A stretch of DNA of 64,000 nt, from positions 128,001-192,000 of the forward strand of contig CAVPJU010000006.1 in assembly GCA_963705505.1 (NCBI GenBank), given 5' to 3'. How positions within the stretch are numbered: position 1 is the first letter of the stretch; each line of letters starts with the position of its first letter. Position numbers and translations under genes: made by a program. The notes below the pieces were generated by a model, which did no database searches, was not told where the DNA came from, and saw only the letters and a list, made by a program, of their open reading frames with translations. The stretch is from an uncultured bacterium. Lineage in GTDB: Bacteria; Desulfobacterota_D; UBA1144; Nemesobacterales; UBA2774. Below, one piece after another: positions 21,041-33,474 of this stretch.

Positions 21041-22000
21041 CTACACCCTCTCCCCAACCCTCATTTTTGCGCTCCGCGCCCTGAGGTTGTTTAATATCTC
21101 TTCATCGCCCGGAATTATCGGGGAGCGGGTGAGGACCTTGAGGACCTGCTTTTTGCCGCAGCCGCATTCGGGCATACCGGGAGGACACACACAGGGCGAC
21201 GACAATTTCCGAAAAATAGTCTTGACCAGCCTGTCTTCGAGCGAGTGAAAAGAGATAACCACGAGCCTCCCGCCGATCCGGAGCCGATAAACGGCTTTCC
21301 CTATGAACTCCCTGATATTCTCAAGCTCGTTATTGACCGCGATCCGGAGCGCCTGAAATGTCTTCGTCGCCGGGTGTATTTTGGCGGGGTGGAATTTTTT
21401 AGGGATCGCAAGGGAAACGACCCTCGCAAGTTCGGCAGATGTCTTGATGGGGCTGTCTTTCCTGGTCTCCACGATTCTTTTCGCAATTCTTCTCGACCAC
21501 TTCTCCTCTCCGTACATCTTTAATACCCTTGATATCTCGTCCATCGTCATTTCATTGACGAGGTCATAGGCCGTAAACCTGAGCCTGGGGTCCATCCTCA
21601 TATCGAGCGGCTCCTCCCTCATGAAGCTGAAACCCCTTTCGCTCGATTCTATCTGGTATGAGGACATTCCCAGGTCTGCGACAATGCCGTCGACTTCCCT
21701 TATATCGAGGCTGTCGAGGACCTTATCGATGTCCGAAAAATTACTATTGCGATAAATAACGTGGCCGTTGTACTTGGACAGAATATCGCGGGATATCGAA
21801 ATCGCCTCTTCATCTACGTCGAGTCCTATAACGAGGGACCTGGAGTTTGTGTATTCGAGTATCGATTTGGTGTGTCCGCCCATTCCCAGAGTGGCGTCCA
21901 CGTATATACCTTCGGGACGCGTGATGAGGTAGCTCATAACCTCTTCAGTCATCACCGACCGATGAATCGGCTTCGATATTTCCATGACTGCGCTTTCCAT
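21041..22000 (-). CDS. rsmH: 16S rRNA m4C1402 methyltransferase
   Basis: DATLGMGGH, DLGMSS, PLDMRM, FHSLEDR. Start codon uncertain. Confidence 0.97.
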   Translation of the reverse strand: MESAVMEISKPIHRSVMTEEVMSYLITRPEGIYVDATLGMGGHTKSILEYTNSRSLVIGLDVDEEAISISRDILSKYNGHVIYRNSNFSDIDKVLDSLDIREVDGIVADLGMSSYQIESSERGFSFMREEPLDMRMDPRLRFTAYDLVNEMTMDEISRVLKMYGEEKWSRRIAKRIVETRKDSPIKTSAELARVVSLAIPKKFHPAKIHPATKTFQALRIAVNNELENIREFIGKAVYRLRIGGRLVVISFHSLEDRLVKTIFRKLSSPCVCPPGMPECGCGKKQVLKVLTRSPIIPGDEEILNNLRARSAKMRVGERV

Positions 22001-22004
22001 TTCC

Positions 22005-22451
22005 TTATAGTCCTTGTCCCGCAAGTATCTCCCTGCTCTTTTTGAATTCTTCGTACGCGCGGCCTTGTTCCTCTTCTTCCCACACTTCTTTAGCCCAGAT
22101 TTCTATCCTGGTGAGCATTCCGATCATGATAAGCTCTTTGTCTATCCTGGCATGGTTCCTTAGGGGCTGGGGAATGAGGACCCTGCCCTGCCCGTCAAGC
22201 GGGCAGTCAACAGCACCGCCCATTAAGTACCTCAGAAAAGAAATGACCTCTTGTTTGAACTGCGGGAGCTCTGAGACCTTTCTTTCTATCTCGTTCCATT
22301 CCCTGAGCGGATACGCAACAAGACATTTATCAAAATTAGTAATGATTAAGGTCTCGTCAGCGTACTTTTCCCTGCACACCTCCCTAAACTTTGCAGGTAT
22401 ACTGACGCGTCCTTTATCCGTCATAGTATGTTCGTATCGTCCTCGAAACAT
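22005..22451 (-). CDS. mraZ: transcriptional regulator MraZ
   Basis: MFRGRYEH, DKGRVSIP, DGQGRVLIP; first gene of dcw. Confidence 0.97.
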   Translation of the reverse strand: MFRGRYEHTMTDKGRVSIPAKFREVCREKYADETLIITNFDKCLVAYPLREWNEIERKVSELPQFKQEVISFLRYLMGGAVDCPLDGQGRVLIPQPLRNHARIDKELIMIGMLTRIEIWAKEVWEEEEQGRAYEEFKKSREILAGQGL

Positions 22452-22457
22452 ATCATA

Positions 22458-22491
22458 CCATCTTATGCCACTTTATGCCACTCAGAACCAC
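22458..22491 (-). promoter_or_regulatory. MraZ operator: GTGG-N6-GTGG-N6-GTGG-N6-ATGG
   Basis: Four boxes at an exact 10-bp period between the promoter and the mraZ ATG. Resembles known MraZ-binding repeats. Confidence 0.8.
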
Positions 22492-22518
22492 TATATAACT
22501 TCGTATTAAGTTTGTCAA
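22490..22518 (-). promoter_or_regulatory. sigma70 promoter of dcw (TTGACA-17-TATAGT)
   Basis: Near-consensus; the -10 overlaps the first GTGG box. Confidence 0.8.
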
Positions 22519-22849
22519 GTAAGTTTGTGTTATTTTTCAATTTTTTAGTTAAATCACCGGTTTGAAGTAAAAACTTTGATAATTAACTTACGTCTTGGCT
22601 CGAAAAGAATGAATTTTTGAACGCCCGGGAACACGTTCACTTTAAGAATGTATCATAACTTATCGATATTCCTATAATTAATATTGACAGGATTCATGCA
22701 TATAAAAATACAATAATGCCACTTTATACCACCGTACAACTAAAGTCATTTTCAACAAAGCTTTAACGATTCAAATTTACTCATATGGAATCGGAAAAAG
22801 GCATAAAGTTGTATATAATCATGTACTTCAAAATACGGTAACCGGATAC

Positions 22850-23077
22850 ATGCCGACTATATTCATAAAGCTCAAAAATAACAGTGAATCCGTGTACTTC
22901 CAATCGATTCTGGGCACTTATTCCCACGTTGCATGGGTAAGAACGGAGGACCCGGCGTCGGGGATAATCAAGGTAATACCGACGGAGGACCTTCTCCAGG
23001 AAACCCGTAACATCCTGGAAAGGTTGAGAAAAGAGATTGAATTCGAGGAGGTCGGCCCGGGCGGGGAAAGATTATAA
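22850..23077 (+). CDS. small hypothetical protein (DUF4911-like)
   Basis: YFQSILGTYSHVAWVRTED pattern, recalled from DUF4911; 21 nt before murJ. Confidence 0.6.
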   Translation: MPTIFIKLKNNSESVYFQSILGTYSHVAWVRTEDPASGIIKVIPTEDLLQETRNILERLRKEIEFEEVGPGGERL

Positions 23078-23098
23078 ACCCCCTCGGCCCTCTCGCAT

Positions 23099-24667
23099 AT
23101 GGGCGAAAGAGAAGAAATTACACGCTCCGTTGGAATGGTCAGTTTTATAACCATTATCAGTCGTATAGCGGGTTATTTAAGAGATATGCAAATGGCTTAT
23201 TTCTTCGGGGCAACGACTTTTACTGACGCGTACTGGATTGCCTACAGAATCCCGAACCTGTTGAGGAGGCTCCTTGCGGAGGGCTCTCTGACGATATCGT
23301 TTATACCCGTTTTCACGGAGACTTTGGAAAAACAGGGTAAAGAGGAAGCGAAGAAGGTATCCGATATCGTATTCACGATTTTATTTATTATACTGATCGC
23401 AGTCACCATACTCGGGATTATATTCTCCCCTTTTATAATAAAGCTCTTTGCGTATGGTTTCGATCAAAAAACCTTCGAGATCGCGGTAAGTCTCAACCGT
23501 GTAATGTTCCCCTACATCTTTTTCGTATCGCTGGCCGCTCTGTGCATGGGGGTCCTGAATTCTCTGAGAATGTTCTTTGCCCCCGCATTTTCCCCGGTGC
23601 TGCTGAATATCGCGATTATCGGAACGGTCTTCACGCTGCATAGTCACTTTAAGCTGCCGATTTATTCAGCCGCCATAGGAGTCATAATCGGAGGAATCCT
23701 CCAGCTCGTCCAGCAGTTTCCTTATTTGTACATAAAAGGCTTCATGTTCAGCTTCAGGAAAAACCTGCGCCATCCCGCCGTCAAGCGTATTGCGCTTCTG
23801 CTGGTGCCCCAGCTCTTCGGGCTGGCCGTTTATAACCTGAATCTCATCGTGAGCTCTCAATACGCCTCGTATATGTCGGCGGGCACCATCTCCTACCTTT
23901 ACTATGCCGAAAGGCTCACTGAATTCCCCCTGGGGATAATTGCGGTCTCCATAGCGACCGTGCTCCTCCCGAGTCTCTCAAGCTATGTAAGCAAAGGGGA
24001 TTATGAACAATTTCACAATACATATACGTTCACACTGAAGCTGATGCTGCTTATACTGATCCCTTCGCTCGCGGGCCTCATTGCCTTAAGGATCCCCATA
24101 TGCAACATCCTCTATCAAAGAGGTGAGTTCACGTACGAATCCACGCTCGCCACCGCTCAGACTCTTTCCGGATACTGTCTGGGACTATGGGCTGTGGGCG
24201 GGCTCCGGGTTACAGCCCCCGCTTTTTACGCCATGCAGGACACGAAAACGCCTGTCGTGGTCGCGTTTTTCTCATTTCTCCTGAACGCCGCTCTCGGATA
24301 CGTGCTCGGATTTACGCTCAAGCTCGAACACACGGGACTTGCCCTCGCAAACTCCACCTCCTCTATATTCAACTTTCTCGCGCTTATTTACCTGCTGGAA
24401 AGAAGGACAGGTGATTTGAAAGCCAGGACCGTCTTCAACTTCTGCCTTAAAATGATCGTAGTTTCCGCAATTATGGCAGCGGCGGCCTGGAAGATCTCGA
24501 TGTACGCGGACTGGACAGGATCCGCCTTTTCTCTTAAAAAGACCATCGTACTGGTCCTGTCTATAGGCGCCGCGGGTTTGATATTTATAATTTGTACGAA
24601 AATTTTCAAAATTGAGGAAGCAGGGTTCCTCGTGAACCTGATCAGAAGAAAAATGCCGGGGGTTTAA
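23099..24667 (+). CDS. murJ: lipid II flippase MurJ
   Basis: SRIAGYLRD, RIPNLLRRLLAEG, ERLTEFPLG, DTKTP. Confidence 0.97.
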   Translation: MGEREEITRSVGMVSFITIISRIAGYLRDMQMAYFFGATTFTDAYWIAYRIPNLLRRLLAEGSLTISFIPVFTETLEKQGKEEAKKVSDIVFTILFIILIAVTILGIIFSPFIIKLFAYGFDQKTFEIAVSLNRVMFPYIFFVSLAALCMGVLNSLRMFFAPAFSPVLLNIAIIGTVFTLHSHFKLPIYSAAIGVIIGGILQLVQQFPYLYIKGFMFSFRKNLRHPAVKRIALLLVPQLFGLAVYNLNLIVSSQYASYMSAGTISYLYYAERLTEFPLGIIAVSIATVLLPSLSSYVSKGDYEQFHNTYTFTLKLMLLILIPSLAGLIALRIPICNILYQRGEFTYESTLATAQTLSGYCLGLWAVGGLRVTAPAFYAMQDTKTPVVVAFFSFLLNAALGYVLGFTLKLEHTGLALANSTSSIFNFLALIYLLERRTGDLKARTVFNFCLKMIVVSAIMAAAAWKISMYADWTGSAFSLKKTIVLVLSIGAAGLIFIICTKIFKIEEAGFLVNLIRRKMPGV

Positions 24668-24817
24668 AGTGAAGCCTGCCCGAACATTCTCTCCCCTTGA
24701 TTTTTCCCCGGCGGGCGTGCCGCGGAATCTCATTATTCCCAACTCGGTCAATGTCTCTTCCTGTAGATGCGGGATTCTTGACTACCAATTTGGTAATAAA
24801 GTAATATCAAAATAACC

Positions 24818-25543
24818 ATGGCCGAAGATAATTACTCGACCGAAGACGAGCTCAGCAATTTCGAGGAAAAGTACGCAAGAATCTTATCTCAGGACCCCTC
24901 ATCGGTCGCCTTCATTTTCCTCGCCCAGGTCCTATACAAGCAGGGGAAAGTCGACAAAGCCATTAATGTATTGATTAACGGATTGAGATATAATAAAAAA
25001 AGCGTCACCGGGAGATTCTTATTAGGAAAAATCTACTACGACAGGTGGATAATAGAGCAGGCGAAGAGGGAATTTCAGACCGTCGTGCAGCTGGCACCCG
25101 ATAATCTCGCGGCCTGCAAAATGCTCGTACAGATATATAAGAGCGAGGACGCATTCGAAAAGGCGCTTGAGATGCTGAGAACAGCTTCCGCGTACCATCC
25201 CCACGACGGGACAATACTTGCGGAGATTAAAGAGATCGAAGACACTCTGTCGAATGTAAAGAAGAAGGAGAAGGAATTTCAGACCGCGAGGGAAAACATA
25301 AGGACGGCCCTCGATTCGAAGAGCATCGAGGAGCTCGAAACGAGCCTCAAGAAATACGATAGGGAGCTATATACAGAAACAGTGGCCGACATCTACTTCG
25401 ATCAGAAGCTATACGACAAATCCTGTGCGGTGCTGGAAGCAATCTTGGAAAACGATCCCGGAAATGATAGAGTCCGGAAGAAGCTCGGGCAGTCGAGGCT
25501 CTTCCTGATAAATAAAGCAGCTGGGTTCATTAAAGGAGAATAA
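24818..25543 (+). CDS. tetratricopeptide repeat protein
   Basis: TPR-like helices, e.g. LGKIYY...APDN and [11 protein letters not shown]. Confidence 0.8.
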   Translation: MAEDNYSTEDELSNFEEKYARILSQDPSSVAFIFLAQVLYKQGKVDKAINVLINGLRYNKKSVTGRFLLGKIYYDRWIIEQAKREFQTVVQLAPDNLAACKMLVQIYKSEDAFEKALEMLRTASAYHPHDGTILAEIKEIEDTLSNVKKKEKEFQTARENIRTALDSKSIEELETSLKKYDRELYTETVADIYFDQKLYDKSCAVLEAILENDPGNDRVRKKLGQSRLFLINKAAGFIKGE

Positions 25544-25551
25544 TCTCAGAT

Positions 25552-25998
25552 ATGAAAATACTTATCATCCACGGACCAAACCTCAACATGCTCGGAAAAC
25601 GCGAGCCCGAAATCTACGGGGCGGGCACGCTGCAGGAAATCAACAGACTGCTCCGGGACGAGGCAAAACAGCTCGGGGTTAAAAACGAAATTTTCCAGTC
25701 CAACTCGGAAGGAGAAATCGTGGGCAGGATACAGGACGCCATGAAAAAGTTCGACGGACTCCTGATCAATCCCGGCGCATATACCCATACGAGCATCGCG
25801 ATCCGTGACGCGATACTTTCAGCCGGACTGCCTGCGGTCGAAGTCCACATTTCCAATATATACAAGAGAGAGGATTTCAGACAAAAATCATTCATTTCAG
25901 GCGTTGCGCTGGGCGTCATATCCGGATTCGGAGCGGACAGCTATATCCTCGGATTGAGAGGACTGGTAAATTACCTAAGCGGCCGGAAACCGGAGTGA
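25552..25998 (+). CDS. aroQ: type II 3-dehydroquinate dehydratase
   Basis: [32 protein letters not shown]. Confidence 0.97.
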   Translation: MKILIIHGPNLNMLGKREPEIYGAGTLQEINRLLRDEAKQLGVKNEIFQSNSEGEIVGRIQDAMKKFDGLLINPGAYTHTSIAIRDAILSAGLPAVEVHISNIYKREDFRQKSFISGVALGVISGFGADSYILGLRGLVNYLSGRKPE

Positions 25999-26038
25999 GC
26001 GCGGACTTATATGATTAATTTAAAAACGAGCTTTGCCT

Positions 26039-26062
26039 GAGCCGCAAACGGCTCTCTGTTTT
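26039..26062 (+). terminator. possible intrinsic terminator after aroQ
   Basis: GAGCCG-caaa-CGGCTC followed by TCTGTTTT. Confidence 0.45.
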
Positions 26063-26102
26063 CTCCGATCGAAATTTTCATGAAAACATTTTTCCCGTTC
26101 AT

Positions 26103-27797
26103 ATGAAGAAGCACTGGACAATAAAAAAAGAGAACCCGAAGCTAAGAGACAAGCTTGCGAAGAACCTTCAGATCTCGCCGATAACCGCTCAAATCCTCAT
26201 AAACAGGGGTATCGGAAACGAAGCCGAAGCCAACCTATATCTCAACAGCACCCTTTTCGACCTCCCTTCGCCGTACCTTATGAAAGGAATGGATAAAGCG
26301 GTGGAAAGGATCAAAAGGGCGATAGTCAATAAGGAAAAAATAGCGATATACGGGGATTACGATGTGGACGGAGTCACGTCCACAGCACTCTTTTATACGT
26401 TCCTTAAATATCTCGGAGCTGATGTAATTTTCTACAACCCCGACAGGATTAAAGAAGGCTACGGTGTGAATATCGAGGCCGTAAGAAAACTGGCGGGGGA
26501 AGGGGTGACCCTCTTTATATCGGGGGACTGCGGCATAACGGCGGTAAGGGAGGTCGAGGAGGCAAAGAGCCTCGGGGCCGATTTTATAGTGACCGACCAC
26601 CACAAACCCCCGGAGGAGCTGCCCGATGCCGTGTCGATATTGAACCCCCAGCTCTCCGACTGTAAATATCCCGGGAAAATGATAACGGGGGTGGGAGTAA
26701 TGTTTAACCTGGCGGTAGCGCTCAGACGCTCGCTCAGGGAAGACGGGTTCTTCGGGAAGCGCGAGCCCAACCTGGCGGACTACCTCGATCTCGTCGCCCT
26801 CGGGACCGTCGCGGACTGCGCCCCGCTGATGGACGTCAACCGAATATTCGTGAAAGAGGGAATAAAGAGGATGGAGAACCCCAGGAGGATCGGAGTTCAG
26901 GCTCTCAAGGAGGCGAGCAGCATCGAAGGGGTCGTCAATTCTTATGATCTCGGGTTCAAACTCGGGCCGAGGATAAACGCATCGGGAAGGCTGGGAAGCG
27001 CCGGGAAAGCGGTCGAGCTCTTCATATCGGAGGACCTCGAAAGCGCGAGGGATATCGCGAAAACACTCAGCAGGGAAAATTCGAACAGACAAAATATAGA
27101 AGGAGAAATTTTTGCAGAAGCAATTACACAGATCGAATCCAACCCCGAGATTTTAGATGCCAACTCGATAGTGCTCGCTTCACCCGATTGGCACCCGGGA
27201 ATAATCGGTATCGTGGCCTCGAGGATCGTCGAGAGATACGATAAACCGGTGATTCTCATCGCGATCGATAAAAACGGCATAGGTAAAGGTTCCGGGCGGA
27301 GTGTAGAGGGAATCAATATATACAGCGCGCTCTCCGAATGCCGGGATCTCTTCTTACAGTTCGGAGGGCACGAGCAGGCGGCGGGTCTATCCATCAGAGA
27401 GGACAGAATAGAAGAGTTCAGGTCGATGTTCGATAAGGCGGTCGCGGATTCGGGTCACGCTTTCGAGCCCAGCCTGAATATAGACTGCGAAGTGGAATTC
27501 GGCCAGCTCACAGATGAGCTAGTTTCCGAATTCGGTCTCCTGGAGCCTTTCGGCATTGGTAACCCGGAGCCCGTTTTACTCGCTCAATCCGTCGAGGTCG
27601 TATCACAGCGCCTCTTCAAGGACAAGCACCTGGGTCTCAGGCTGAAGCAGGGGAATAAATCCCTCGAAGCAATATGGTTTAACGTGAACGACGCCACGCA
27701 GCTGCCCGGTAAAATCGATATCGTATTCACACCGGAATTCAACAAATGGAACGGGAAAAGGGATATAAGGCTCAGGGTACGGGACGGAAGCTGGTAG
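26103..27797 (+). CDS. recJ: ssDNA exonuclease RecJ
   Basis: GDYDVDG, DCG, TDHH, GSGRS, GGH. Confidence 0.97.
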   Translation: MKKHWTIKKENPKLRDKLAKNLQISPITAQILINRGIGNEAEANLYLNSTLFDLPSPYLMKGMDKAVERIKRAIVNKEKIAIYGDYDVDGVTSTALFYTFLKYLGADVIFYNPDRIKEGYGVNIEAVRKLAGEGVTLFISGDCGITAVREVEEAKSLGADFIVTDHHKPPEELPDAVSILNPQLSDCKYPGKMITGVGVMFNLAVALRRSLREDGFFGKREPNLADYLDLVALGTVADCAPLMDVNRIFVKEGIKRMENPRRIGVQALKEASSIEGVVNSYDLGFKLGPRINASGRLGSAGKAVELFISEDLESARDIAKTLSRENSNRQNIEGEIFAEAITQIESNPEILDANSIVLASPDWHPGIIGIVASRIVERYDKPVILIAIDKNGIGKGSGRSVEGINIYSALSECRDLFLQFGGHEQAAGLSIREDRIEEFRSMFDKAVADSGHAFEPSLNIDCEVEFGQLTDELVSEFGLLEPFGIGNPEPVLLAQSVEVVSQRLFKDKHLGLRLKQGNKSLEAIWFNVNDATQLPGKIDIVFTPEFNKWNGKRDIRLRVRDGSW

Positions 27798-27950
27798 CCT
27801 TGCAGCACAAGATGTAACAGAAATGGGACGGCACGCTCCGGAGGTTCACGGGGAGGTGAAACCGTTCCGTTCATAGACATCGAACCGGTAATTAACGATA
27901 AGCAGTGAAGCGGAGTGTTTCCGTACCGCACAATGGTCGAGTGTATGAAC

Positions 27951-30856
<2,906 letters not shown>

Positions 30857-30972
30857 AGGTGTACTGAAATTAACGAGAAATTATATTTAATTATCGGAGG
30901 AGTATTTTTCCGATTGAATAGATAGAGCCGAATATCTAAAAGTGAAGCCCTGAAGGACTCTATCTCTCAATT

Positions 30973-31368
30973 CTATTCTTCCATTTCTTTCTCTACGTAT
31001 TCCGTATAATCTTCGAAGTCCATCAGGTCTTTGAGCTCTCCGGGGTCGTAAGGCCTCACCTTTATCATCCAGCCCTCGCCGTAAGGGTCCCCGTTAATGG
31101 TTTCAGGAGCGTCCAGGAGAACCTCATTCACTTCGACCACATCGCCGCTCACAGGGGCGTAGAGATCGGACACGGCCTTGGTCGATTCCACAGCGCCGAA
31201 GGGGTCCCCTTTCGTGATCTCGTCCCCTTCGCTCGGAAGCTCGATATAGACAATCTCGCCGAGAGCGTCCTGAGCATAATCCGTAATGCCGATCACAAGC
31301 AATTCACCCTCCTCCATTGCCCATTCGTGGTCAGCCGTGTATTTGAGTTCATCCGGAATTTGCACCAT
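30973..31368 (-). CDS. gcvH: glycine cleavage H protein
   Basis: GITDYAQ, VESTKAVSD (lipoyl Lys), DPYGEGW. Confidence 0.98.
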   Translation of the reverse strand: MVQIPDELKYTADHEWAMEEGELLVIGITDYAQDALGEIVYIELPSEGDEITKGDPFGAVESTKAVSDLYAPVSGDVVEVNEVLLDAPETINGDPYGEGWMIKVRPYDPGELKDLMDFEDYTEYVEKEMEE

Positions 31369-31380
31369 AGTCAGATCTCC

Positions 31381-32469
31381 TTAATTAACATCCTTTTTAT
31401 AAAAGGGAATATTCACTACCTGAGCCTCCCTGTATGTATTTCGAATCTCGATTTGTATTCTGTCGCCAATGTTGATTTCACCTGTTAGATAACCCATCCC
31501 TATCGATTTTTCAAGACTAGGAGATAAAGTCCCGCTTGTAACTGTGCCGAGTAAAGCACCGTTTTTAAATACGCCGTACCCCTCTCTAGGGATGCCGCGG
31601 TCGATCATTTCAAACCCGCAAATCCGGTGTTTAATGCCTTCCTCGAGAACTTTTTTTAACGCCTCTTTGCCTATAAAATCCCCGCCGTCCATCTTCACAT
31701 ACCTTCCGAGACCGGCCTCAAAAGGGTTTATATCGTCATTTATCTCGTGCCCGTACAGGGAGTAGCCCATCTCGATCCTGAGCGTGTCGCGCGCCCCGAG
31801 TCCGCAGGGCTTGATCCCGTACTGCTCCCCTGACTCCGTTAGTCCCTCCCAAAGCTCCGGACCCCCTTCCCAGGGTAAAAATATTTCAAACCCGTCTTCC
31901 CCGGTATAGCCTGTCCTCGCTATGAGCAGCTCCACCCCGTTCCACGTCAGCGGAAGAAAGCGAAACCTCTTCAAAGAACTCAGATCGGCCCCCACGCAAC
32001 CGGATAAAATAGCCTCGGACCGGGGACCCTGTAAAGCGATCTGGGAGAATTCGGGACTCCTGTCAGTTATCTCGATATCATAGCCGTCGTTGGCCCTGAG
32101 GACCCAATCATGGTCTTTGGCCGTATTGGAAGCATTAACACAGAATAAAAAATTCTCATCCGAGAGCTTATATAAAATTACGTCGTCCACGACCCCGCCT
32201 TCATGGTTGCAGAAGAGAGTGTATTGAGCCTCATATTCTCTGACTCCGTATACGTCATTGGTCGTTATAAACTGGCAGAACTCGGCCGCCTCTTTTCCCT
32301 TTATTTCTATTTCTCCCATATGGCTCACATCGAAAAGCCCCGCACCCCTTCTGACCGCGAGGTGCTCCTCCCTGACACCTTCGTACTGAACCGGCATCTC
32401 CCATCCGGCAAACTCGACTATTCTCGCTCCCAGCCGTTTATGAATGGGATACATCGCCGTTCTCTTCAT
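31381..32469 (-). CDS. gcvT: glycine cleavage T protein
   Basis: FAGWEMP, FDVSHMG, RTGYTGEDGFE, GARDTLR. Confidence 0.98.
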   Translation of the reverse strand: MKRTAMYPIHKRLGARIVEFAGWEMPVQYEGVREEHLAVRRGAGLFDVSHMGEIEIKGKEAAEFCQFITTNDVYGVREYEAQYTLFCNHEGGVVDDVILYKLSDENFLFCVNASNTAKDHDWVLRANDGYDIEITDRSPEFSQIALQGPRSEAILSGCVGADLSSLKRFRFLPLTWNGVELLIARTGYTGEDGFEIFLPWEGGPELWEGLTESGEQYGIKPCGLGARDTLRIEMGYSLYGHEINDDINPFEAGLGRYVKMDGGDFIGKEALKKVLEEGIKHRICGFEMIDRGIPREGYGVFKNGALLGTVTSGTLSPSLEKSIGMGYLTGEINIGDRIQIEIRNTYREAQVVNIPFYKKDVN

Positions 32470-32684
32470 CGCACACTAATTGTTTAACAACTCATGATAG
32501 GATTGTCAATAACGGGGGAGGTAAATATTTAAGAGGCCGGGCTGCCAGATAAATTAACAGACCGGGATAACAGGTATGGGCAGAGACCGGGTAAATAGAA
32601 TTATTTAGTTTCTGAAAGATTATAAAAATGATTTAGTAGTAGCGAGAAAAAAACGAAGAATTCGGATTTATCACGAAGGAGCAG

Positions 32685-33404
32685 TTATTCGGCACCCAGG
32701 GTCGTGACTATGTCCCTGTACCTGAGCGGCACAAAATCGAGGTCGTTCACATAATTTCGAACGCCGCTTTCGTCGACCCACACGTATATCGTTTGCTCTT
32801 CGGAAGGCGGGGGGGTGGAGTACTCGATAACGGAATCCTCGGCTGGTTCAGTATATGTATGACCTGCATCTGAATTATCCTGACGGTAGTCCGCGGGCGA
32901 TGGTGAATCCTGACCGAACTGATTTACCTCCAGGTTGCTCGGTCTTTCGAGAGTGGTGCCCATTGTAGTCCCGTAACCGAGCGGATAGTCGGGGTCGGCA
33001 TTAGCATAATAATCCGTATAAGGCGCATAACCGCCGTAGTAACCGAAATAGTAGTACGGCGCATAGAGGGGATTAAATTTATGCGGGCCGTCATGGTGAT
33101 GATTGTGACCCTGCCAGTTGTCATGACCGCCGTGCGAATTACCGTTATTATCACAAAAATCATGCCGGTTGTTACGGTTGTTGTTGAAATTGTTATTGAA
33201 CCCCCGGTCCTGACCGGAGTTGCGGTTTTGCCCGTTCTTTCCGGGCATATTATTGGGCCGGGCTTGGTTATTCGTAACCTGTTTTGACTGCCCCATCTTT
33301 TGCCCGAGCTTCGGTTCGGCAGAATACGTCGATAGCGGGAATATTATTAAGACTGATATGATAACTACTAAGCGTGCAAGTCTTATTTTCATTACCCCGT
33401 TCAC
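32685..33404 (-). CDS. exported low-complexity protein, C-terminal DUF4124-like motif
   Basis: Signal-like N-terminus, N/G/H-rich then Y-rich tracts, C-terminal IYVWVDESG..YV. Start may be at the second Met. Confidence 0.65.
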   Translation of the reverse strand: MNGVMKIRLARLVVIISVLIIFPLSTYSAEPKLGQKMGQSKQVTNNQARPNNMPGKNGQNRNSGQDRGFNNNFNNNRNNRHDFCDNNGNSHGGHDNWQGHNHHHDGPHKFNPLYAPYYYFGYYGGYAPYTDYYANADPDYPLGYGTTMGTTLERPSNLEVNQFGQDSPSPADYRQDNSDAGHTYTEPAEDSVIEYSTPPPSEEQTIYVWVDESGVRNYVNDLDFVPLRYRDIVTTLGAE

Positions 33405-33474
33405 ACCCTGATATAGTATACATTAGCGCAGATCACTTTAGATAGTCATTATTTGTTTCTTCACTCGTTTGGCT

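Noticed and set aside
24783..24795. Palindrome TACCAA-T-TTGGTA in the TPR gene promoter spacer
   Set aside because: It could be an operator, but it is a single short AT-rich dyad with no second copy or regulator noticed.
32470..32684. Glycine riboswitch upstream of gcvT
   Set aside because: No recognisable aptamer motifs, and a TTGACA about 35-40 nt from the ATG leaves no room.
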